Source: Burkholderiales bacterium
Lineage (GTDB): Bacteria > Pseudomonadota > Gammaproteobacteria > Burkholderiales > Burkholderiaceae_C
Reading direction: 5' to 3'
Length of the DNA: 52,777 nt
Assembly: GCA_031389565.1 (NCBI GenBank)
Contig: JANMSR010000254.1
Coordinates: forward strand, 1 to 52,777
The notes beneath the pieces were generated by a model, which saw nothing but the letters and a program-made list of their open reading frames with translations, was not told the origin of the DNA and searched no databases. This document shows, piece by piece, positions 45,493 through 52,777 of the stretch. The first letter of the stretch is position 1. Every line of letters begins with the position of its first letter. The position numbers and the translations under genes are program-made.

Positions 45493-48222
45493 ATGAACGA
45501 GAAATACGTCCCCGCCGAAGTCGAAGCCGCCGCCCAGGCGCACTGGCAGGCCCGCGATGCCTACCGCGTCGTCGAGGATTCGAGCAAGCCCAAGTTCTAC
45601 GCCTGCTCGATGCTGCCCTACCCGAGCGGCAAGCTGCACATGGGCCATGTGCGCAACTACACCATCAACGACATGCTCACGCGCTCGCTGCGGATGCAGG
45701 GCATGAACGTGCTGATGCCGATGGGCTGGGACGCGTTCGGTCTGCCGGCCGAAAACGCAGCGATGGAAAACGGCGTGCCGCCGGCCGCCTGGACGCGCGC
45801 CAACATCGCCGAGATGAAGGCCCAGATGCAGCCGCTGGGCATGGCCATCGACTGGACGCGTGAGGTCGCCACCTGCGACGCCGATTACTACCGGTGGAAC
45901 CAGTGGTTCTTCCTGAGGATGCTGGAAAAAGGCATCGCCTACCGCAAGACCCAGATCGTCAACTGGGACCCGGTGGACCAGACCGTGCTCGCCAATGAGC
46001 AGGTTATCGACGGCCGCGGCTGGCGCTCCGACGCGCTGGTGGAAAAGCGCGAGATCCCCGGCTACTACTTCGCGATCACGAAGTACGCCGACGAGCTGTT
46101 GGCCAACGTGGCCGACCCCGAGTGCGCCGGCTACCTGCACGGCTGGCCCGAGCGCGTGCGGCTGATGCAGGAGCACTGGATCGGCAAGAGCGAGGGCCTG
46201 CGCTTCGCGTTCCCGCACGACATCCGCGACGACAAGGGTCAGCCGATCGGCGACGGCAAGATGCACGTGTTCACCACGCGTGCCGACACGATCATGGGCG
46301 TCACGTTCTGCGCCGTCGCCCCTGAGCACCCGCTGGCCACGCACGCGGCGAAGTCGCGCCCCGAGGTCGCGGCCTTCATCGCCGCCTGCCTCAAAGGGGG
46401 CACCACCGAAGCCGAGCTCGCGGCCAAAGAAAAGGAAGGTGTGCCGACCGGCCTCAAGGTCAAGCACCCGATCAGCGGCGAGCCGATCGACGTGTGGGTC
46501 GGCAACTATGTGCTGATGGGCTATGGCGACGGCGCAGTGATGGGCGTGCCGGCGCACGACGAGCGCGATTTCTCCTTCGCCCGCAAGTACCACCTGCGCA
46601 TCAAGCCGGTGATCGATGTCGCGGGCCAGACCTATTCGATCGCCGCCTGGCAGGACTGGTACGCCGACAAGCAGCGCGGCCGCTGTACAGCCTCCGGCGT
46701 GCTCGACGGCCTGGCCTGCCAGGAAGCGGCGGACAAGGTCGCCGACCTGCTCGCGCGGCAAGGGCTGGGCGAGAAGAAAACCACCTGGCGCCTGCGCGAC
46801 TGGGGCATCAGCCGCCAGCGCTACTGGGGCACGCCGATCCCGATCATCCACTGCGCAAAGTGCGGCGACGTGCCGGTGCCGGAGAAGGATCTGCCCGTCG
46901 TGCTGCCCGAAGACCTGGTGCCCGACGGCAGCGGCAATCCGCTGAGAAAGAACGCGCAGTTCCTCAACGTCGCCTGCCCGCAATGCGGCGCATCCTCGCA
47001 GCGCGAGACCGACACGATGGACACCTTCGTCGATTCGGCCTGGTACTACATGCGCTACTGCTGCCCCGACAGCCAGGACGCGATGGTCGATGCGCGCAAC
47101 GACTACTGGATGCCGATGGACCAGTACATCGGCGGCATCGAGCACGCCGTGCTGCACTTGCTGTATGCGCGCTTCTGGACCAAGGCCATGCGCGACATCG
47201 GCCTGGTCAAGTTCGACGAGCCGTTCACCAAGCTGTTCACCCAAGGCATGCTGCTTAACGAGAGCTTTTACCGCGAAGACGCCGCCGGCAAGAAGCGCTG
47301 GTACTACCCGAGCGAGGTCAACGTGCGGCACGACGAGCGCGGCACCCCGATCGGCGCCACCGCCAAGGAAGACGGCCTGCCGCTGAGCCTGGGCGGCATC
47401 GAGAAGATGAGCAAGAGCAAGAACAACGTGGTCGAGCCGCGCGAGTTCATAGCCAAGTTCGGCGCCGACACCGCACGCCTGTTCACGATGTTCGCCGGCC
47501 CGCCGGACCAGAGCGCGGCCTGGTCCGATTCGGGTGCCGAGGGCGCGTTCCGCTACCTGCGCCGGCTGTGGACGACCTGTATGGATGCGCTGCGAGACTC
47601 AGCAGATCACCCTGAAGAACGCTCCGTTGCCGTGAAGGACGGCGACGTCAAGGGCTCGCGCGCGGAGGCCAGACGGCAAGTCCATTTGATATTGAAGCAA
47701 GCGTCGCACGACTACGAGCGCATGCAATACAACACTGTTGCATCTGCCTGCATGAAGCTGCTGAACACTATCGATAGCACAGACATGATGGTGCCCGATG
47801 CCGGCAAACCCACAATGGGCGGCAACGTCGAAAGAATTTCGCGAGCCGGGGACGAAGCCAGGAAGGCCCGCACGCGCGTTGTCTTTGAGGCGCTGAGCAT
47901 CCTGCTGCGATTGCTGTACCCCACTTGCCCACATATCGCATGGGTTCTGTGGCGCGACCTGGGATTCACTGGCACTCATGGCGACTTGCTCGACGCGCCT
48001 TGGCCGGAGGTCAAAGAAGCAGCGCTGGTTCAGGATGTGATTGAACTTGTGCTGCAAGTCAACGGGAAAACGCGCGGCGCTCTTCGTTTGGCTGCAAGTT
48101 CCAACCAGGCGGCAATTGAAGCTGCCGCGACGATGGCTCCAGAAGTCGCGCGTTTCGGAGAAGGCAAGCCAGTGCGCAAAGTGATTGTGGTGCCGGGCCG
48201 GTTGGTCAACGTGGTGGTCTGA
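45493..48222 (+). CDS. leuS: Leucine--tRNA ligase
   Basis: 909 aa. HIGH-type motif [15 protein letters not shown] and the KMSKS motif. The last ~640 nt have clearly different codon usage. Confidence 0.97.
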   Translation: MNEKYVPAEVEAAAQAHWQARDAYRVVEDSSKPKFYACSMLPYPSGKLHMGHVRNYTINDMLTRSLRMQGMNVLMPMGWDAFGLPAENAAMENGVPPAAWTRANIAEMKAQMQPLGMAIDWTREVATCDADYYRWNQWFFLRMLEKGIAYRKTQIVNWDPVDQTVLANEQVIDGRGWRSDALVEKREIPGYYFAITKYADELLANVADPECAGYLHGWPERVRLMQEHWIGKSEGLRFAFPHDIRDDKGQPIGDGKMHVFTTRADTIMGVTFCAVAPEHPLATHAAKSRPEVAAFIAACLKGGTTEAELAAKEKEGVPTGLKVKHPISGEPIDVWVGNYVLMGYGDGAVMGVPAHDERDFSFARKYHLRIKPVIDVAGQTYSIAAWQDWYADKQRGRCTASGVLDGLACQEAADKVADLLARQGLGEKKTTWRLRDWGISRQRYWGTPIPIIHCAKCGDVPVPEKDLPVVLPEDLVPDGSGNPLRKNAQFLNVACPQCGASSQRETDTMDTFVDSAWYYMRYCCPDSQDAMVDARNDYWMPMDQYIGGIEHAVLHLLYARFWTKAMRDIGLVKFDEPFTKLFTQGMLLNESFYREDAAGKKRWYYPSEVNVRHDERGTPIGATAKEDGLPLSLGGIEKMSKSKNNVVEPREFIAKFGADTARLFTMFAGPPDQSAAWSDSGAEGAFRYLRRLWTTCMDALRDSADHPEERSVAVKDGDVKGSRAEARRQVHLILKQASHDYERMQYNTVASACMKLLNTIDSTDMMVPDAGKPTMGGNVERISRAGDEARKARTRVVFEALSILLRLLYPTCPHIAWVLWRDLGFTGTHGDLLDAPWPEVKEAALVQDVIELVLQVNGKTRGALRLAASSNQAAIEAAATMAPEVARFGEGKPVRKVIVVPGRLVNVVV

Positions 48223-48722
48223 TGGCAATCCCACGTCGGGCCGCACTTTGCTTGCTGGCCGCAGCGGCGGCCGGGGTCGCCGGTTGCGGCTTTCAGTTGC
48301 GCCAGGCGCCCAAGCTGCCGTTTCGCAGCCTCGCGCTGACCGGCTTTGCGCCGAAATCGCCGATCGGCCAGGTGCTGCGACAACGACTGGCTGCCAGCAA
48401 CGTCGAGCTGATCGACGCCCCCACGCGCGCCGAAGCGGTGCTCGAAGCACTTGCCGACACGCGCGAGAAGAGCGTCGTCGCCTCCACCGCCGCCGGCCAG
48501 GTGCGCGAAGTGCAATTGCGCGTCAAGCTGCGCTTTCGCGTCGCCACGCCGGCCGGCAAGGTTCTTTTGCCTGCCGACGAACTGCTGCTCACGCGCGACA
48601 TGAGCTACAGCGAAACCGCGGCGCTGGCCAAGGCGCAGGAAGAGGCGCTGCTCTACCGCGCGATGGAAGACGACATCGTGGCCCAGGTGCTGCGGCGTCT
48701 CGCCGCCCTCAAGCAACTCTGA
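48222..48722 (+). CDS. lptE: LPS-assembly lipoprotein LptE
   Basis: 166 aa with lipobox VAGCGFQLR. It lies immediately after leuS. Confidence 0.88.
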   Translation: MAIPRRAALCLLAAAAAGVAGCGFQLRQAPKLPFRSLALTGFAPKSPIGQVLRQRLAASNVELIDAPTRAEAVLEALADTREKSVVASTAAGQVREVQLRVKLRFRVATPAGKVLLPADELLLTRDMSYSETAALAKAQEEALLYRAMEDDIVAQVLRRLAALKQL

Positions 48723-48724
48723 GC

Positions 48725-49834
48725 ATGCAGCTCAAAGCCGACCAGCTCACCGCGCATCTGGCCAAGGGCCTGCGCCCGCTGTACACGGTTTACGGCGACG
48801 AGCCGCTGCTGGCGCAGGAGGCCGGTGACGCGATCCGCGCCGCCGCGCGTGCCGCCGGTTACAGCGAACGCAAGGTCTTCACCGTCGGCAATTCCGCGCA
48901 CTTCGACTGGAGTGCGCTGATCGGTGCCGCGCAGGCGATGAGCCTGTTTGCCGAGCGCCAGTTGATCGAGCTGCGCATCCCCTCGGGCAAGCCGGGCAAG
49001 GAAGGCTCCGAGGCCTTGCAACGCTACTGCCAAGCGCAAGGCGGCGACGACGTGCTGACCCTGGTGCAATTGCCAAAGGTCGACTTCCAGCAGCAAAAGA
49101 GCGGCTGGTTCGCGGCCCTGGCCGCCGCCGGCGTGGTGCTGCGCGTCGAGCCGGTCGAGCGCCGCGAGCTGCCGGCCTGGATCGCCAGGCGCCTGGCGTC
49201 GCAAAGCCAGCGCGTGGCCGACGGTGAAGAGGGCCAACGCACGCTGGCGTTCTTTGCCGACCGCGTCGAAGGCAACCTGCTGGCTGCGCACCAGGAGCTG
49301 CAGAAACTCGCCCTGCTCTACCCGCAGGGCACGCTCGGCTTCGAGCAGGTCGAAGCCGCAGTGCTCAACGTCGCCCGCTACGACGTTTTCAAGCTCGGTG
49401 AAGCCGTGCTCGCCGGTCAGGTGGCGCGCGCCTTGAAGATGCTCGACGGCCTGCAGGCCGAAGGCGAGGCCGCGGTGCTGGTGCACTGGACCCTGGCCGA
49501 GGACATCCGCGCCTTGAAGCGCGTCAAGGACGCAATGGTTGACGGCACACCGCTGCCGATGGCGCTGCGCGAAGCCCGGGTCTGGGGCGCCAAGGAGCGC
49601 CTGTACGAACGCGTGCTGCCGTCACTGGCGCAGCACCAGCTCGCGCACCTGGTCGAGGCGGCGAGCATCTGCGACGGCATCATCAAGGGCCTGAAGCACC
49701 CCGAGTGGCCGCTGGATGCCTGGGCGGCGCTGAAGCGGCTGATGTTGTTGACGCTGCAGCAGGTGGCGACGTCAGCGACCGCCACGCCGCGTGGCGTGAC
49801 GCCGGCCCGCATACAACTCGCGCTGCACGCCTGA
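48725..49834 (+). CDS. holA: DNA polymerase III subunit delta
   Basis: 369 aa from MQLKADQLTAHL (ATG at 48725). It completes the conserved leuS-lptE-holA order. Confidence 0.88.
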   Translation: MQLKADQLTAHLAKGLRPLYTVYGDEPLLAQEAGDAIRAAARAAGYSERKVFTVGNSAHFDWSALIGAAQAMSLFAERQLIELRIPSGKPGKEGSEALQRYCQAQGGDDVLTLVQLPKVDFQQQKSGWFAALAAAGVVLRVEPVERRELPAWIARRLASQSQRVADGEEGQRTLAFFADRVEGNLLAAHQELQKLALLYPQGTLGFEQVEAAVLNVARYDVFKLGEAVLAGQVARALKMLDGLQAEGEAAVLVHWTLAEDIRALKRVKDAMVDGTPLPMALREARVWGAKERLYERVLPSLAQHQLAHLVEAASICDGIIKGLKHPEWPLDAWAALKRLMLLTLQQVATSATATPRGVTPARIQLALHA

Positions 49835-49838
49835 CTCA

Positions 49839-49872
49839 CAAGGAAACGTAGGGCCGCTCCCGAGTTTCCTTG
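49839..49872. other. Perfect 9-bp inverted repeat between the convergent holA and dehydrogenase genes (possible bidirectional stem-loop)
   Basis: CAAGGAAAC-N16-GTTTCCTTG, with no adjoining U-tract. Confidence 0.3.
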
Positions 49873-49916
49873 ACCCCGTTGGGGGGCGTGACGCGAAGCG
49901 GCAAGTTTGGGGGCGC

Positions 49917-50882
49917 TCAGTATCCGCGCGCGCGATCGACCAAGTGGGCCAGCGGCGCGCCGTCCCGCGCCGCCCGCAAGTTCGCTGCCACCACCCGCGC
50001 CGCGCTGCGCGTGTTGGTCAGCGCGGCCACATGCGGCAGGACGGTCACGCGCGGGTGCTGCCAGTACCGGTGGTCCGGCGGCAGCGGCTCGAAGTGAAAG
50101 ACATCGAGCACGGCGCGACGCAGATGCCCGCTGTCGAGCGCGGCCAGCAGGTCGTCGTCGACCCCATGCGCGCCGCGCGCGAGGTTGATCAGGCTCGCGC
50201 CGCGTGGCAGCGCGGCAAACAGCCGCGCATCGAGCAAGCCACGCGTCGCCGGGGTCAGCGGCAACAGGTTGACGACGATGGCCGCCGCCGGCAGCAACGT
50301 GGCCAGGCCATCGGCGCCCGCCTGGACGGTCACGCCCGGCGGCGGCGGCAGATGGCTGACAGTGGCACGCCAGGCGCCGACGCGGTAGCCCATTGCCGCC
50401 AGCCGCGCGGCGACAGCCGCGCCCATCTGGCCTGCGCCGAGCACCAGCACCGACACGTCGCCGGCGCACTGTTGCGCCTGCTGGCGCCACGACGCTTCGC
50501 GCTGCTGTGCGGCGTAGTCGAAGAAGCCGCGGTGCAGCGACAGCACGGCCCACAGCGCGGTCTCGGCCATCGCGGCGCTCATCGCAGGGTCGACCATGCG
50601 CGTGAGCGGGACCTGGGCTGGCAGCGTCGCGTCCGCCAGCAACTCTTCAACGCCGGCCCACAACGATTGCACCAGGCGCAGCCGCGGCAGCGCGGCCAGC
50701 ACGCCGGGTGCGGGGTTGGCCACGACAGCGGCCGCGATCGCGTCGCGCGGGATCTCGCCGTCGTCGTCGCACCACCAGGCGAACTCCGGTGCGGCATCGC
50801 GCAGGGCACGCAACCAATCGGCGCGCTCGGCCGCATCGATGCGCCCGGTCAGCAACACGTCCAGCGCGCTGCGCGTGTTCAT
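49917..50882 (-). CDS. D-2-hydroxyacid dehydrogenase family protein (glyoxylate/hydroxypyruvate reductase A-like)
   Basis: 321 aa from MNTRSALDV (ATG at 50882). NAD-binding VLVLGAGQMGAAVA and INLARGAHGVDDDLLAAL. Confidence 0.8.
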   Translation of the reverse strand: MNTRSALDVLLTGRIDAAERADWLRALRDAAPEFAWWCDDDGEIPRDAIAAAVVANPAPGVLAALPRLRLVQSLWAGVEELLADATLPAQVPLTRMVDPAMSAAMAETALWAVLSLHRGFFDYAAQQREASWRQQAQQCAGDVSVLVLGAGQMGAAVAARLAAMGYRVGAWRATVSHLPPPPGVTVQAGADGLATLLPAAAIVVNLLPLTPATRGLLDARLFAALPRGASLINLARGAHGVDDDLLAALDSGHLRRAVLDVFHFEPLPPDHRYWQHPRVTVLPHVAALTNTRSAARVVAANLRAARDGAPLAHLVDRARGY

Positions 50883-51223
50883 CGCACCAGCGTCCCGCCG
50901 AACGCCTGGCGCCCGGCAGCGGGCGGCGCGTACTGCACGTGAACGCGGCCCGGTGCGCGACCCAGGCATGCCGCGAGCGCGTGCGTCAGCGCCGTGACCT
51001 CGCGGGCCAGCGCCTTTCCCTCGGGCGGCCGCGCTTGCAGCTCGGTCACGAACGCCGGCAATTCGGCAGGCGCCGACAGCGCCCCGTTCTCGGCATAGTG
51101 CGAGGCCGGCAGCGTGCGCAGGCCGAAGCTGCGGCCGGCGGCATCCGCCAGCGCCTGCGTGAGCGCGGCGGCGGGCGGCGCGTCGCCGTCGGGCAGCACG
51201 AGATCGACGTCCAGGATCGGCAT
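50879..51223 (-). CDS. Tautomerase superfamily protein (MIF/phenylpyruvate tautomerase-like, Pro-1)
   Basis: 114 aa from MPILDVDLV (ATG at 51223). The N-terminal Pro after Met, the two beta-alpha-beta halves and the length all resemble MIF. Confidence 0.5.
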   Translation of the reverse strand: MPILDVDLVLPDGDAPPAAALTQALADAAGRSFGLRTLPASHYAENGALSAPAELPAFVTELQARPPEGKALAREVTALTHALAACLGRAPGRVHVQYAPPAAGRQAFGGTLVR

Positions 51224-51228
51224 GCGAC

Positions 51229-51723
51229 TCAGGACGTGCACAGCGCGCGCAGGCGCTGCACGGCCATCTCGACGGTCTGCTCGCGCACGCTGGCGCGGTC
51301 GCCCGACAACAGCAGCCGTTCAGCCCACGGCACGCCGCCGCGCTGCATTAGCGCCAGCCACACCGTGCCGACCGGCTTGCCGGGCATCGCGCCGCCCGGG
51401 CCGGCGATGCCGGTGACGGCCACAGCGATATCGGCCGGCGAGTGGGCCAGTGCACCGGCGGCCATCGCCGAGGCCACCGCCTCGCTCACCGCACCGTGCG
51501 TGGCGAGCAGTGACGCGTCGACACCGAGCTGCTCGACCTTGGCCGCATTGCTGTAGGTGACGAAGCCGCGCTCGAACCAGTCCGACGAGCCGGCCAGCGA
51601 AGTGCAGGCCGCGGCGATCAGGCCACCGGTGCAACTCTCGGCCACCGCAAGGCGCCAGCCTTTGGCGCGCAAGGCATCGGCCAACGGGGCGACGAGGGGC
51701 GTGACGCGGTCGACGTCGATCAT
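51229..51723 (-). CDS. pncC: CinA C-terminal domain protein / nicotinamide-nucleotide amidohydrolase
   Basis: 164 aa with the VAESCTGGL motif and VTGIAGPGG. Confidence 0.85.
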   Translation of the reverse strand: MIDVDRVTPLVAPLADALRAKGWRLAVAESCTGGLIAAACTSLAGSSDWFERGFVTYSNAAKVEQLGVDASLLATHGAVSEAVASAMAAGALAHSPADIAVAVTGIAGPGGAMPGKPVGTVWLALMQRGGVPWAERLLLSGDRASVREQTVEMAVQRLRALCTS

Positions 51724-52289
51724 GCCGGCCACGCGAAGCGCGCGAGCGCGATCACCAGCAGGGTGCACAGGGCGGCCACCAGATCGTCGAACAGGATGCC
51801 CCAGCCCTGGCGCCAGCCGCGCGCGTTCTTGAACAGGCCGTCGGCCCAGCGCACCGGCCCCGGCTTCGCGGCGTCGAAGAAACGGAACAGCGCGAAGGCC
51901 ACGGCCTGACCGACGAAGCCGGTGGGCATCACCAGCCACAGCACGAGCCAGAAAGCCAGCACTTCGTCCCAGACGATGGCGCCGGGGTCGGCTTGGCCGA
52001 GGTCTCGCGCGGTGCGCGCGCAGGCCCACACGCCGACCAGCAACGCGGCCAGCAGCACGAGGCCCCATTGCAGATCGCCCAGCCAGCGGTCGAGCAGCAG
52101 GAATGCGACCCAGGCCCACAGCGTGCCCACCGTGCCCGGCGCCCTGGGGGCCAGGCCGCTGCCGAAACCCAGCGCGATCCAGCGCGCGGGGTGGCGCAAC
52201 ATGAAGGCCATGCTCGCGCGCGGCGGCGCGGTCGTGCCGGCGGCGGCGTCGCGCAGCAGCTTGGCGTCGACGATGTCGGGCGCACTCAT
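51720..52289 (-). CDS. pgpA: Phosphatidylglycerophosphatase A
   Basis: 189 aa from MSAPDIV (ATG at 52289). Motifs seen: GFGSGLAPRAPGTVGTL and IVWDEVLAFW. Confidence 0.88.
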   Translation of the reverse strand: MSAPDIVDAKLLRDAAAGTTAPPRASMAFMLRHPARWIALGFGSGLAPRAPGTVGTLWAWVAFLLLDRWLGDLQWGLVLLAALLVGVWACARTARDLGQADPGAIVWDEVLAFWLVLWLVMPTGFVGQAVAFALFRFFDAAKPGPVRWADGLFKNARGWRQGWGILFDDLVAALCTLLVIALARFAWPA

Positions 52290-52777
52290 GGTTCGGTGCG
52301 GAAGTGATCGAACGCGGCGTAGCGTTGAACCAGCGGCGCACCGCGGCCATCGACAAGACGCAATCCTGGCATCGCGTCGATCAGGCCGATGCGCGTGACC
52401 GTGATCCCGGCACGCTCGGCCGCCGCCAAGACCTCGCGCTCGGCCGCGGCCGCTGCCGTGAACAGCAGCTCGTAATCGTCGCCTCCGGCCAGCGTGCATT
52501 CGTGTTGCAACGCGCGTGGCATCGAGGCGAGCACCGCGCTGCGGGGCAGCGCATCGGCGTCGACCGTCGCGCCGACGCCCGAGCGCGCCAGCACATGGCC
52601 GAGGTCGCCGACCAGGCCGTCGCTGATGTCGATCGCACTGCTGGCCACGCCGCGCAGCGCCCGACCGAGCGCCACGCGCGGCGTCGGCATCTCCATGCGC
52701 GCCCGCACGGCATCGAAGGCATCGCCCGCCAGTGAGGCGCTACCGCGAAACACTTCGAGCGCCAGCCGCGCGTCGCC
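52286..52777 (-). CDS. thiL: Thiamine-monophosphate kinase (C-terminal part; the gene continues past the window end)
   Basis: Motifs seen: AIDISDGLVGDL and GGDDYELLFT. The stop overlaps the pgpA start. Confidence 0.88.
   Translation of the reverse strand, partial: GDARLALEVFRGSASLAGDAFDAVRARMEMPTPRVALGRALRGVASSAIDISDGLVGDLGHVLARSGVGATVDADALPRSAVLASMPRALQHECTLAGGDDYELLFTAAAAAEREVLAAAERAGITVTRIGLIDAMPGLRLVDGRGAPLVQRYAAFDHFRTEP

Overview
The window is very GC-rich (roughly two-thirds G+C by eye, not computed). Its gene order looks like a betaproteobacterial chromosome of the Burkholderiales/Comamonadaceae type; that assignment is an inference from synteny only. I can support about 50 protein genes, and most are housekeeping. 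On the minus strand these include tkt, a secreted protein and gap, then pgk, fmt-def, secD-secF-yajC, yhdP with a C-N hydrolase, and thiL-pgpA-cinA. On the plus strand they include LysM-dprA-smg, glnE, hpf-ptsN-hprK, bamE-dapB-exbBD (fur lies divergently upstream on the minus strand), and leuS-lptE-holA. I saw no rRNA, tRNA, CRISPR array, integrase or transposase. Many long ORFs in the supplied track are Arg/Ala/Gly-rich shadow frames opposite real genes and were discarded. Start codons were re-picked by eye and several remain uncertain.

The accessory or unusual content is:
1. A compact 5.3 kb restriction-modification-like defence island at about 20.3-25.6 kb. Its gene order is res (helicase plus PD-(D/E)xK nuclease), then a frameshifted ORF6N gene, then mod. 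It has a low-GC block in the middle of mod and no mobility genes.
2. A B12-binding MerR (LitR/CarH-like) regulator locus at 35.7-38.5 kb. It has an AT-rich palindrome-dense control region, a candidate terminator-bounded RNA with a 31-nt pyrimidine run, and what looks like the deletion scar of a light-regulated operon.
3. A G-depleted C/U-rich leader in front of hpf.
4. A compositionally foreign 3' end of leuS.
5. Two apparent 1-nt frameshifts and a degraded NAD(P)-binding gene remnant.
6. Two copies of a REP-like element.

All family assignments rest on motifs read from the translations. No database search was run.
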